Source: Prorocentrum cordatum (taxonomy: Eukaryota). From it: DNA of 64,000 nt. The stretch is from assembly GCA_963575745.1 (NCBI GenBank), contig CAUYUJ010000002.1, forward strand, positions 1,922,001 through 1,986,000, written 5' to 3'. Under the pieces are notes generated by a model. The model did not search any database. It had not been told where the DNA came from and saw nothing but the letters and a program-made list of their open reading frames with translations. How positions within the stretch are numbered: the first letter of the stretch is position 1; every line of letters begins with the position of its first letter. The translations under genes were made by a program, and so were the position numbers. Shown in pieces: positions 11,131 to 23,143 of this stretch.

Positions 11131-13740
11131 CGCGGCGCATCATCTTGCGCCGCTCTTGCCGTAAGATCTCGGCGTTCTCCTCCGAAATGTAGAGGGCGCC
11201 GTCGATCCGCTCAAAATGGACCTTCCTGCCGTCGGCCAGCTCCGCGAAGCAGTACGCCGGGTCCCACGTCATCTTGAGGCCGAGCGCCTCGATGTAGGAC
11301 GAGAGAGGAAACAATCGCTGAATGTCATCGCCGGTCACGTACACGATGTCCTGCTGCATCCGCGCCTCCACTTTCCCCGTCGCTGTCCGAAGTTGGACTT
11401 GGGCGCCGCGAACCGACGCAAGATCAGAGACTCCGCGAAGCTCATGCGTCGCCCCGGTATCCGCGAGCAGCAGCTTCGCAGACCGAGCGCCGACCTTGGC
11501 TATCGAGATGGTCTTCGCCGAGGGCCCCGCCTCCCAGAACGCCAGCTCGTCCGAGACCTGGGCGAGCGAGCCCTCGGGCGCTGCACCCATCCCCATCAGG
11601 CTGAGGAGCTGGGCTGAAACCTCCGCCCTCGCAGCCTGCGCTGCGGTTGCCTCAATCGATCCGGCCGCGGGCGCCGAGGCGGTCGGGCTCGTCTCACTCC
11701 TCTCTCCTCCTCTCTGTCCTCGTCCTCGTCCTTCTCCTGATCCTGCCTCTGGGCACTCAGCTGCAGCTGCGCGCGGAGGAGCGCGAGGCCGAGGGCACTC
11801 GTCGTTCCGGTGCTTCGTGGAGCCGCAATTGAAGCACTTGCCATCGCTCGCCGCGAGGCGTCGGTGCTTCTGGCGGCAATTCGCCCCGTGGTTGCACCTA
11901 GAGTCGCGGTCGAAGTACGGGCAAAAGCGCTCGCTGCCCTTGCCGGTGTCCTTCTCCCTGTTCTTATCCTTGTCCTTACCTTTGTCGCCGTTCTTGTCCT
12001 TATCCTTGGTCTTATCCTGATCCTTGTCCATGCCATGCCCTTTGGGGTCTCTGCCACCGGTCTTCAGGGCCAGGGCTGCCACTCGAGCTGCCTCGCTCTT
12101 GCTACCCTCGCTGCTCGCACCACCTGCGAACTCGCGGGCTTCGGCGCTGAGGTAGCGCCACAATTCGTCAACCTGCGCCTGCGTGCAGACGCCGCCGGAG
12201 AGACCATGGAACACGAGGAAGCCATAGTACCTGTGCTTCACCTCCTGGTCGCTCTCCACCATCTTCGCCACGATCGTCTTCAAGGTCGTGAGCTGCACCG
12301 AAGGGTCCGGCGCGTTCACGCCGAGGGAGGCCAACCGCGTGACGTTCAGCATCCAGCGCTGTAGCTCCTCGCAGGTGTTCTGCTTCTCGACGGCGCGCCC
12401 CTTCGAGACCGCGTCGAGGGTGTAGTCCTTGTCGGCAGAGGTCCCGGGCCCTGCCTCCACGAAGGCGCCGAACAGGATGTCCACGGTCGAAGTCATCCTC
12501 GTCGCAAGGCACTGCGACGTGACGCCAGCAGGCATGAGGTGGAGAAGAAGACTTCGAAGGCGAAGCTCACAACTGCTAAAGTTGATCGCCTCAGCCTCCG
12601 CCGCGATCCAAATCACCAGCTGGGATGGCCGAATCCCCGGGCGCTGCAGGGGGCCATGGGACAGGTAGCTGCGATGAGCCTCGCTGACCACCGCTACCAC
12701 GCGTGCCCAGTAAGCCTCGATCAAATGATGGAGGCCCCCCAGGTCGAGGGTGATCCGCTGCAGCCACCTGTCGAAGATGGCCGCCTTCTGGCCCGCACTG
12801 CACCCCTTGCCGAAGGTCAGCACGGGCAAGTCGGAGGCCTTGATCCTGGCCAGCACGTTCTCGAGCGTGCTGTCTCGCCCAGGCTGCTGTGGGACACCGT
12901 CAGCAGCAGCAGCAGCAGCAGCTCCGCCGTACGGTGGAGGTGGAGGTGGTGCACCGCCTCCTGGTCCTCCGAAGCCTCCACCGCCAGGGCCCCCAGGTCC
13001 ACCAAAGCCGCGAGGCTGCCCACTTGGCCCGAACCCGCCTCCTGGGGCGCCGGGCCCACCGAATCCGTGAGGAAATCCACTTGGTCCGAGTCCGCCTCCT
13101 GGGGCCGCGGACCTTGGGTAGCTGCCAGCAGGGCCGCTGCCTGCTGCGCCAGGGTCGCCGCTCGAACCCTGGATCGGCCCTGGCCTGCCGCCCGAGCCTG
13201 TTCCGGCAGCACCTGCTTGAGGCGGCTGTTGGGGAGCACCTCCAACAGTTTCATCGCCCCCTCCATCCTGCTGATCTTTACGCCCATCATCACGACCTCG
13301 ATCACCACGAAGTCCAGGAGGGTCGTCGCAGCTGCCGCAGCCACCCTGCGGAGCCGTGTGGGGAGCACCGGCCGCACTCCAGGACTGGTCGTAGAGCTCG
13401 TCGATGTCTGTGGCGCCATGCCCCTGCTGGACGTCGACTCCACCACCTGCCCCGAAGGCCTCAGGGCTGACAGAGGCCCCTGAACGCGCGGACACGGCGC
13501 TCGCAGCTTCGGCGCGCAGCTGCTCATTCTCAGCGCGCAGCGCCCTCATCTCTGCACGCGTGGACCTGAGCTCTGCAAGAAGCTCTGAGGACACGTCCTG
13601 TCCAGACTCGCCGTGCGTGGGCACCTCGCGGCCGGACCCAGCGTCGGAGATGTCGTACTCCTCGAGGGCGCGGGGTTTCGGACCAACGGCAGAGGCGCCG
13701 AAGACGAGGCCTGAAGGGACAGTGGCGCGGCCGTCAGGCC
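11131..13740 (-). pseudogene. gag: Copia-1 Gag (coiled coil, Gly/Pro-rich, CCCH finger + CCHC knuckle) and aspartic protease
   Basis: CPYFDRDSRCNHGANCRQKH (CCCH), CFNCGSTKHRNDEC (CCHC), LLADTGATHEL (protease). Confidence 0.9.
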
Positions 13741-14091
13741 TCCGAGCGCCGACCTCGCTCCTTGGGCGGCCCCTATCGCGAGCCGCGCAGCGCCGCCCAG
13801 CGCGCCCGTCGCAGCTGCTCCGATCGCCTGGCCTGCCAACGCGCCGCCGCAGCCCATGGCACGGCCCAGGCCCTGGGCAGATGCCCGGAAGCGCGCCTGC
13901 GCACGGGCTGCGTCAAAGTCGTGCACGCAGGCGTAGCACACCACGATGCCTGCGCGCACGCCCACGCAGTGCGAGTGAACCTGCCAGCCGCAGCTCTCGC
14001 ACTGGACGCTCGGGCCGTGCAAGTAGTCGCCGCACGACCGGCACGCCCGAATAATCCATGGTGGTGTCGATGTCATCGCACTTGGGCTCAT
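13735..14091 (-). CDS. Copia-1 Gag N-terminus with PHD-type C4HC3 finger and Gly/Ala-rich segment (frameshifted from the rest of gag)
   Basis: MSPSAMTSTPPWIIRACRSCGDYLHGPSVQCESCGWQVHSHCVGVRAGIVVCYAC; ATG lies inside the PBS; downstream gag frame is open up to ~13735. Confidence 0.7.
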
Positions 14092-14096
14092 AACCC
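14084..14096 (-). other. Copia-1 primer binding site complementary to the anticodon arm of initiator tRNA-Met (half-tRNA priming)
   Basis: Minus strand GGGTTATGAGCCC 1 nt after the 5' LTR; complementary to GGGCUCAUAACCC of eukaryotic tRNAiMet. Confidence 0.9.
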
Positions 14097-14097
14097 G

Positions 14098-14991
14098 TGT
14101 GGACCCCAGGGGGTGCTGGTCCACCAGCGGGTGCGCAAAATACAAGATGTTCTCATTCATCGATGATTTCTGACTCTGCCAGTTCGTCATCGGCCACTGC
14201 GCTCAAATATGCCAGCAACTCGGCCCGGGAGGCTGGAAGCAGCCAGAATGGGCCCCACTGGGGCCGAGGTGGGAGCCCGAGAGCTTCCCTGAGGAAGAAC
14301 TCGGCAGTTTCAGCCAGACGACGCTCCCAAGAGTTCACGATGGAAGCCAGACTGTGGCCTCCCCTGGATCTGCGGCCGCCCTGGGCCACCATATACGAGG
14401 GGGATGGGAAGAACAGATGTGTTTCTCCAACCCCTTGCTTGAGCCAAAGTCCACAAACATGTAGATTAAGGGCCAATCGCATGCAGGCGTGGATTCGCTC
14501 TGCATTTGATTGGCCCCCTACCCCCACAGGCTCATGCTAGCGTAGTGTCGCTCGCATTCCCCTGTGAGGCGTGCGCGGGCCTGTGCCTGCTATGCTGCAC
14601 AGCTGCTGACTCCTATATCCAGCTGTGCAGCCCCTTACAAAACAAATCGCTCAAAATGGTCTCGCGGCGTTCCGCTGTCCCATCGGCCCACGGGGCCAGG
14701 GGAAAAAAACACAACATTTCATCACACGGGCGTGGTCTCCTAAGCCCGGCGGTCTTAAGTAACATGTTATACATATGCCGTGCTATGCTATGCCTCACGC
14801 ACCGCAAAGCACGGCAACGAACATGTAACGACATTCGGCCCTGTCGAGGCTGATGCAACACAGTGGCAGCAAATAATGCAACGCTGCAAAGGTATGCAAC
14901 ACAGTGGCAGCAAATAGTGCAGAACATCTGATCACGTGCGCTGTCATGCTATGCCTCATGCACTGCACAACACTTCACCCCCCACCACACA
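14098..14991 (-). repeat. Copia-1 5' LTR
   Basis: Direct repeat of 6634-7522; followed by the PBS. Confidence 0.95.
14153..14392 (-). CDS. 79-aa ORF inside the LTR, unknown function (second copy 6689-6928 with TGA changed to AGA)
   Basis: MVAQGGRRSRGGHSLASIVNSWERRLAETAEFFLREALGLPPRPQWGPFWLLPASRAELLAYLSAVADDELAESEIIDE*; 45 nt downstream of SL relic TTTGGCTCAAG (14438-14448). Confidence 0.45.
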   Translation of the reverse strand: MVAQGGRRSRGGHSLASIVNSWERRLAETAEFFLREALGLPPRPQWGPFWLLPASRAELLAYLSAVADDELAESEIIDE

Positions 14992-15921
14992 CGGGGAAGG
15001 GGGGGAGGAGGAGGAGACGGAGGAGGAGGAGGAGGAGGAGCAGGAGCAGGAGCAGGAGGTGGAGGAGGAGGCGTTGCGAGTTGCGAGCTATCCCACGTGG
15101 TGGTCGATACGAACTACGAGCGGCGCTGCAGCTCAGCCTTGCTAAGCAGTTTCGGCCACTTCCCGTCTTGAAGTCTGGACAGATACTCCCTTCTATGGGG
15201 TGCGATTTGGCGTGTGCAGTCCTTGGCTAACTCTCGCAACTGGGAATGTGCGAAATAGCCACACTGGGTGCAAAACCAAACCCTCTGCACACGAGACAAA
15301 CGCATAATATGGGACCCCTCGACCCAGCCCCCAGCAATATGAAGCCGCCCCCCCTCAGGTATGGAATCATATCTTTCACACACGTGAACGGGCTGAAAGC
15401 ACGAGGACGAGTGCCATTCGGACACAGTGGCCTTGCTGGCAGATCCCCAACACCTAGTACATTTATGCCTGGTCTCATCCAGGCAATGCTCCGAAACGAA
15501 GCACGAACAAACGACGGACGAGGAGGAGGAGGAGGAGGACCCCTCTCCCTCACACGCGCGGGTCCGCCACGCTCCTCGGTGATCATGCAGTCCAGCGTGG
15601 CTCTGATGAGCCGCATCCTCACGTGCATCGCCTTGCTCTCTACCTGGAAGACAGCCGCCCGAACCTCGTCGGCGACTCTCCCTGCCTCGGCCGCCTGCGC
15701 GGCCAGTTCATCAACACATGTGTTACCGATGGCAAGCCAGGCGGGGGTTCCCGAAGTGACAACTGGCTCACCCGTGAGGTGCGAATTTACGAATAAGACA
15801 GACACTTGGCCCTGTCGGGCGTCCAGCTCACCACCGATGTTGCGCCACAGATCCTTATCGGCCCCTGTGGGCCTCTCATGTCTTCTCTGATGGAGCCCCT
15901 TGGTCACAGCTTCACAGTCTG

Positions 15922-15922
<1 letters not shown>

Positions 15923-15968
<46 letters not shown>
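15923..15968. repeat. (TA)n expansion inside the LINE-C RNase H coding region
   Basis: Interrupts ...EHPVY|ITDCEAV... Confidence 0.9.
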
Positions 15969-15970
<2 letters not shown>

Positions 15971-18900
15971 GGATGCTCGGCAGTGCAGGTGAGAGCTAAC
16001 ACAAAGGCACGTAGCTCCCCTCTGGGTACTGACTGATCTTCGCCCACGAGAGGCCCCTTGACCGATGCACGAATACAGCACGGGTCATACGAACTCAGCG
16101 TAGTTATCGCAAGCCCAACTCTTCGAAACCTGGGGCCCCCAGAGTCTTTGCCCCCAGAAGCGTCTCCGAAAACAACCATGGGTTGCGTATCCGTTCCTCT
16201 GCCCAAGCAGTGCTTAAGTTCGGAGCTGTTCGTGCCTATCAAACTCCAGGCTTCCTCAACTGGCGGTGGTGGTATACGTGTCCACGCCGCTGGAATGAGG
16301 CCTCGTCGCCAGAAACATGAGTCAGCTGCATGCTGCGAGAAAGCTGCACTGATTAAATACTCAGAGTCTTCGTGCGCCTTGGAACCTCGATTTTCTGAAC
16401 ACTCCCAGATTCGATGAAACTGTGTCTCTGGTTTCTCCTGGCACCTGGGACATAAAACCTCGTGGCCCCCAGCCATCTCATCCTGTCGCGTCTGCCGGGG
16501 CCAAGATCCTCCTGAAGCAATAGAAGCCATGAGCTCCCTGATCCTGAGCCCCTGGCGCACAGTCTGTAGTTGCCTTAACAGCCTGCGCAATGAAAAATTG
16601 TCGACGCCGTGCTGCATTCCTTCTCCGCATAAATGGCGTGCAGCTTGGCGCCATTGTTTAGCCTGCACAGTTCTGCTGGTGAAATCCTGAAGAAGCGGAC
16701 CAGGGTCATCTTGCAAAATGTTTCCAGAAAGCTCTGAAAGGTGAAATTTCCACGCCTCCAGATCGCCCACGTGGTCTTCAGGAGCCCTCCAATGCCAGGG
16801 TGCCTCTGGTATCCAGCCTGCCTCCAAAGGATGCATGATGACCGCTCCGTTCGGCCCTCTCACCAACCTTGAACGTTGCCCCTCTGGCGCCTCTCGCAAG
16901 CGCTGCAACATATGCGGCCATGCACGAGCTATGCCTGGCCGCATGGCGGGAATAGTCAGATACTGCTGCAGCCAGAGAGCCAGACATGCCCGAGGAAGTG
17001 TATACCCTGGATCCCATCCTGGACTCCGAAGGTCGAGAAGTGTGGTTAAGCATCGCCCCCGTTTGCCTGACCCACATACATGGCCAATCTGGCGGCGGCA
17101 GCGCAACATGGCACTGCCGAGAACTCCATGCAGCTGATGGCCGTACATCTCAGCGGCCATGGTGCCAGCTCGCGTGAGCCTGCTAGTAAAATGATACCGT
17201 TTAGCTGCCCTTGCAAGCTTGACCACTTTGTTGTGCATGCTTGCTGCCTTTACCACCCGTTTGTTGCGCCGTTGACGTACATGACGTTTCCCCCCACCAA
17301 GATCAATTCCCAAGTACCTTGCACGGCTACACGGCTTGACTTCAGCTCCAGCCGCTCGTAGCTGTTTTGAAATACTCTGGGCATCTTCTAGATGGGAACA
17401 CAGCACAACACTGTTGGGCGAAACTGCGAGGCCTTCGTGCGTGAGCTGGCGACATGTGCCCATGAGCCCACGCACAAGGGATTGTCGGAGACTTCGTCTG
17501 GATCCATGGACTCGCTGGGACCAGTCGTCGATCCAAATGCGCGCCCTCATGCGTGGATGAGCAGATGCGACGCGAGATAAAATATAACAAGTAAGACATC
17601 GGGCAAACCTCTTGCCCCCACGAAGGCCCTGGACGATAGAGTGAGTAGGATAAATAGGCTCCGACAAAGCCCCACCTTGTCCCAGCGTCCTCGGCAGAAT
17701 GCACTGGAGCAGCTCGGGAACTAAACATGATTGGAGGGTGCCCCAGTCTGAGTGCTGCGGGGATGAGATAAAACCACTCCATCGCATCATAGAAGCCTTG
17801 AATATCCAGGAGCCCGTGCCCTGTTGAACTACCCAATACTCCCGATACCCCCTCCTCACATACCCTCCTGAATGCTTCGCATGGGGCCGCATTGCCAGTG
17901 ATGGCTGCGTCCCACATGGGCTCAGACTCTGCTGCCCAAGTCTTAACATGTGGCTCGCGCGCGAGACTCCGTATTCTAGCTGTCATTGGCAGAAGTCCAA
18001 TAACTCTGTCCCCAGACTTTGTTGGGTAAAAGCCGACCGATCGTGAGGCCCAGTTGAGCAGGCCAAACCAAAGTTTCCTCGATGACCTCGTAGAGTTTTG
18101 AAAGTTCTGCCAATGCTACGTCGGGCATCCGCTCGACGTCTGTCGGACTTAAAACATCCACCCCTTGGCCTGCTCGCGCTCGCATGGCGTGAGCCGCTTG
18201 TCTGGTGTCGGAAACTGAAAGCGCTTCGAGGGGGTCAGCTCGTGCCGCGACCCGTGCTGCCTCGAAAGCCTCCAGGATTCGCGTATCCTGGTGTACGCTC
18301 GCCTTGGTCCAGAGGTCCCGAAATGGTTTTGCCCGCTGATCGACCACGTCCTTGGGTTGAAATAACTCCTGGGAGCCCTGGGTGATTTCCTCAGCGGGCA
18401 CTGGGTTTGACTTCGTAGTTTTGTCCAAAATTCCTGGCGCTTCTGCGCCGGCAATCCACTCCTTGAAATCGTGAAGAGCAGAGCGCAAGGCGCGCCCTCG
18501 GCAACGCGATGCAATCTTCTTAGCAGATGCAACAAACAAGGCGAGTTTATCTTGCGTGGCGCGCTTCGCACTGGTGGCAAGAATTGATGTCCAAGCGTCC
18601 CTGGGCGGGTCGGACCCGCGCAAAGCCCTCGATGTCCTTGCTCAGGAGATTGCCCACCAAGTTGCTTGCGCGCTTGCTCAAGCTGCTGCTGCTGAATAGT
18701 ACCATTCGCTCGAGCTCTGTGATTGTGTAGCCGCTGAAGAACCGCATGTGTTTTCTCCCGCCAAGAAGTGAGCCAATCTCTATAAGGCACCACTCGACTC
18801 TTGGTTGGGTGGCGAACCTCCTGCGCCACAAAACGACATCCACCAGCTCGGCTAATGGATGGGGGCCCTGTCACTCCATGATGCTCGATACCGTTCGTTC

Positions 18901-21900
18901 CAACGTGGTAATCCAAGATGCGCACAAAGCCGACGCATCCTCGATTGAGCCAGCTCCGAACCTAGCGGCTACGGACGATACAAACACATCAGGAGGTGGA
19001 CAGTCCTTTGGCGGGAAAAGGCCTACAGCAGCGCGTTCTTTGATCCGCGTCTCAGCGGGGATGTGAAAGGCCATTGCAGGCTCGTCATTTCCTGGCGGGG
19101 GCGGCTCTTGAAATGGGCTGGGGGCGGGGGGAATGCATTCGTTGGTGAACGATGCTCGAGCATTGAGAGTGACAAGGCCCCAGGCGATTGACGGCGTGTA
19201 TTGCGGTAACTTAAATATGTGGGGGGGGCCTCTGGGTTGCACGCCCGAGGCCTCTCGTCGGTAGACTGCGACGGTTGAAACTCAGGCGCTGCCGCATTCA
19301 ACCTCGAGACATTGTGAGATGGAGCTGGCCCCCCCACTTCGGTTCCCGCCTCGGGGCGCCTTCCCGTGCCCACGACGGCGCGGCCATGAGATTGCCCACC
19401 CTCGGCAGGTCCCTTATCCGAAAAAAAAACAACTGCTTTGACTCATGCCCCCGTCAGCGTAGGCAGAAGTCACGTGCTCGTTAATGTTCGCTGACGGCGG
19501 CGGCACAGAGCTGGGCTCACAAGCCTTGGGCTCCGCCCCGCTGGGGCCTGCCCCTGCTCGCCGGCTCTCGTTCACGACGGCGTGTCTGAGGATATGCTTG
19601 GCATCGGCAGCTCCCGCAGCTGAGGCGACCGAGCTAGAAAGCTCGCCCGATGGGTCTGAAGATGGAGGTCCGAAATTTGGCTCCATTGCCCATGGGTCTT
19701 CGTCTAGATCTTTATATTCGTCATATATGTCAAGCTCGCGGTCTCGGTCGGGTTCGACCTCGACCCCTGCCTGCTGCACTGGGGACATATCATTAGTCTC
19801 TGGCCACAGATCACCGAAGAGAACCTCGTAGTGCTCTCGGCGTTTCTCAGCAGGCAGCTCTAACTTGATTCGATTCGCCTGCTTCTGTGCCTGCGTCTTG
19901 GAGCCTGGGGCGGCCCTCTGTTGGGGTCGCTCGACTTGCGACAACCTCGCAGGCACGGCTAAACAGCGCGTGATGAGCTGCTTACCTGACGAGCGCATGG
20001 TGATACATATGCCGCAGTGGGTCTTCCACGGCACAGCTCACATGGCCTCCACCCTCGCAATGCATGCTGCCGCTGAGTGGCTCCTGACAATGCAATCTAT
20101 ATGGCTGCCCTGCTGGCCAGCGTTGCAAGTGTATCCGATGGGAGCCTTAACAATCTCGCCATCCACGCGTGTGAGGAAACCTGAACGGCTGAGGGCGTCG
20201 GGTGAAAGATTGTAGTCTCCGACCGCCACCCATGGCAGCTGCAGTGAGGCTAAAAATGCCCCTAGACGACTGAAGCGTAGCATGTTGTCGCCTGTCAGAC
20301 CCACGGATGTGAGTCCATAAAATGTAACTAGGACGGCTGAGTATCCAGACATGTGGATGAGAGCTGCAGTGAGACCATCCGTGACCAACTGGCCATCGGC
20401 TAGAAATTCACTGAGAGCGAGCTGAGGTAGTAACGAGCGGGCCTGCAGATGACCCGTCGCAAGGATCCATTCTCCACCTTCGGTGGCCCTGTCGGCACCC
20501 TGAGCGGTGCAGGCACGGCCAGTCAACCTCGCCCCATTCGCAAAAATCCTGAGCTTAGCTTTGCGCGCCTTTGGCGCCGACTCTTTAGCAAGGTTGGCCC
20601 GCGAGACATGCGTCTCCACAAGGCAATAAAAAATCAAACTGGCGATGCTCACTAGCCTGCAGAGTGAAGCTCCACACCTCCCCCCCCCAATGGCGGTGAC
20701 GTTGCCAAACATGATACGTGTGACCTCATTCCCCCCTGGCCGTGCTCGTGTCGAGTACGGAGCGCCGCTGGACTCTGGCGAAGGAGCCCGCGTTGATGCT
20801 GGCGACGCTGAACTTGAGCAGGTACACGTGGGCCCACATACCGAGGCACCTAGTCACAGCTGGGACTCGTCGATGACGTTGCCAGCTGCCTGAACCTCGC
20901 GCTCCTTCTGCCTGATCGCTTCGAACTTGGCGTTCGAGATGCGCTCGGCCTCCGCTTGGATGTGTGCCTCCCGCGCGGCGCCTGCGACGGCTGTGGCGGC
21001 GGCGGCTGCTGCTCCTTCGCTGGCGCTTCCTGCTGGGGCCGCTGCCCGCGTGGGGGAGGCGCCGCCGCCGCCTGTGCCGTCGGCGCCGTCGTCGGGCTTC
21101 CTCTTTTTTCGCGGCCCTCTGGTGAATGTCTGCCTGCACCTGCTTGGCGCGCTCCATCCACTGAGATACCTGATCTGCTTTGCCTGACAACGTCTTCTGC
21201 GTCTCGACAAGCTCGGTATGCATATTCCTGAGCTCCTCCTTCTCGTGCTCCTCGCACTCGAGGGCCTCGATATCCTGGAAGAGCTGTTCGTCTCAGTGCA
21301 GGCCAAGGGGCTGCCTGTCGTCCTGGGTGTGCTTCTTGCGTCCATTGGCGGCCAGGCCCTCTTGCGATGCGAGGATCTCTGTCGCCTGCTTCCGTGCCAA
21401 CTCCGCCGCCGCAACCTCCAAGGCGATCTTCTTCTCCTTGGTGCGGGCGTTCTCGAGATTCTTCTCTGAACGTGTGACTGCACGAACTGCTTGTTCGCGT
21501 CGATTGCCGGCATCCCGCAGCGCACCATCAGCTTGCTGAAGAGCCTGGAGCACATTGCCCGCCTGCTGCTGCTGAGCAGCCTTGAGCTGTGCCACCTGGT
21601 TCTCGAGACTCTTCTTCAGCTGCGGGTCGGTCGCCGCTGCCAACGTCTGCTGCATGTGCGACAGCACTTCCACGTCCTTGGTGTTCTTCCCTCTTGGAGA
21701 CTGCTTGGGCGTGGACTGGTTGCTGTTGCCATTGCCACCACTCTCCTCGTCGTCACCCATGAACTTAACTGACTTCTTTAGGATGCCTTTCTTCGGTGAT
21801 GGCGAATACACTTTGACTTTCATGCCACATCGATTGCACTTCATCTCCCCCTGCATGAGTTTGTCATTCTATTCAGCTTGTCCGCAACCCTTGCATTGAG

Positions 21901-22029
21901 ACCATTGACGGCTGGACATGGCTAGCCCCGCGGATTCTGTCACCACACTTGCCTGGAGGGGCTGAATATCCAGGGGCAATGGTGTGCCTCAAGCACCTCG
22001 GGCAGGTACCGCGGTGGGCTGGCGAGCTG

Positions 22030-22062
22030 GCCAAAATGGTGCTCGAGCCCAAGCTGCTTGAG
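22030..22062 (-). other. Tandem relict spliced-leader fragments at the LINE-C 5' end
   Basis: Minus strand (CCT)n-CTCAAG-CAGC-TTGGGCTCGAG-CA-CCATTTTGGC. Confidence 0.65.
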
Positions 22063-23143
22063 AGGAGGAGGAGGAGGAGAGGGAGGAGGGAGGAGGGAGG
22101 AGGAGGAGGAGGAGGAGGAGGAGGATGAAGAGGATGAAGAGGAGGAGGAGGAGGAGGAGGAGGAGGAGGAGGAGGAGGAGGAGGAGCAGGAGGAGGGAGC
22201 AGGAGGGGGGAGGGGGGGGGAGGAGGAGGATGCTGATGATGATGATGAGGAGTAGGAGGAGGAGGAGGAGGAGGAGGAGGAGGAAAAGGGAGGAGGGAGG
22301 AGGAAGGAGGGAGGAGGAGGAGGAGGAGGAGGAGGGGAGGAGGAAAAGGGGGAGGAGCAGGAGGAGGAGGAGGAGGAGGAAAAGAAGGAAAACATGGATG
22401 GGAAAAGGAGCAGAAAAGGGAGGAGGAAAAAAAAGGAGGAAAAGGAGGAGGAAAAGGAGGAGGAAAAGGAAGAGGAGGAGCAGGAGCAGGAGGAGGAGGG
22501 GAGGAGGAGGAGGAGGAGGAGGAGGAGGAGGAGGAGGAGGAGGAGGAGGAGGAGGAGGAGGGGGAGGGGGAGGAGGGAGGAGGGAGGAGGGAGGAGGAGG
22601 GAGGAGGGAGGAAGGAGGAAGGAGGAGGGGGTGAGGAGGGAGGAGGGAGGAGGAGGAGGAGAAGGAGGAGGAGGAGGAGGAGGAGAGAAAAGGAGGGGAG
22701 GAAGAGGGAGGAGGAGGGAAAGGAGAAAGAGGAGGAAGAGGGGAGGAGGAGGAGGAGGAGGAGGAGGAAAAGGGTAGGAGGGAGGAGGGGGAGAGGGAGG
22801 AGGAAGGAAGGAGGAGGGGAGGAGGAGGAGGAGGAGGAACATGGGGAGGAGCAGGAGCGGGAGGAGGGAGGAGCAGGAGGAGGAGGAGGAGCAGGAGGAG
22901 GAGGAAAAGGAGGAGAAGGAGGAGGAGGAGGAGGAGGAAGAGGAGAAGGAAGGGGAGGAAGAAGGAGGAGAGGAAAGGAGGAAGAGGAGGAAGAGGAGGA
23001 GAGGAGGAGGAGGAGGAAAAGTTAGGAGGGAGGAGGGAGGAGGAAGGAAGGAGGAGGGAGGAGGAGGAGGGAGAAGGAACATGGGGAGGAGCAGGAGCGG
23101 GAGGAGGAGGAGGAGGAGGAGGAGGAGGAGGAGGAGGAGGAGG
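22063..23143. repeat. ~1.1-kb (GGA)n polypurine tract
   Basis: Direct reading; contains an internal duplication (gaacatggggaggagcaggagcgggagg at ~22837 and ~23077). Confidence 0.95.

Larger units (their letters stand above)
6634..14991 (-). mobile_element. Ty1/copia LTR retrotransposon 'Copia-1', full length, ORF disrupted
   Basis: Two ~890-bp direct repeats with TG...CA ends, PBS, PPT, and domain order gag-PR-IN-RT-RH on the minus strand. No target-site duplication recognisable. Confidence 0.95.
15071..22062 (-). mobile_element. Non-LTR retrotransposon 'LINE-C' (ORF1; ORF2 = AP endonuclease-RT-Zn knuckle-RNase H), decayed
   Basis: ORF1 from ATG 21919 (CKGC...CNRC, coiled coil, premature TAG); APE ~19990-20710 (LVETH, PWVAVGDYN, HIDCIV, THCG); RT ~17100-18200 (GQGVD, LLDIQGFYD, WIDDWS, YLGIDL); CPRC..ETQFHRIWEC; RNase H VFGDASGG, QSVPRGEL, ITDCE, VNSH, GNTCVDELA; terminal WFCTQCG motif, stop at 15114. 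Confidence 0.92.
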
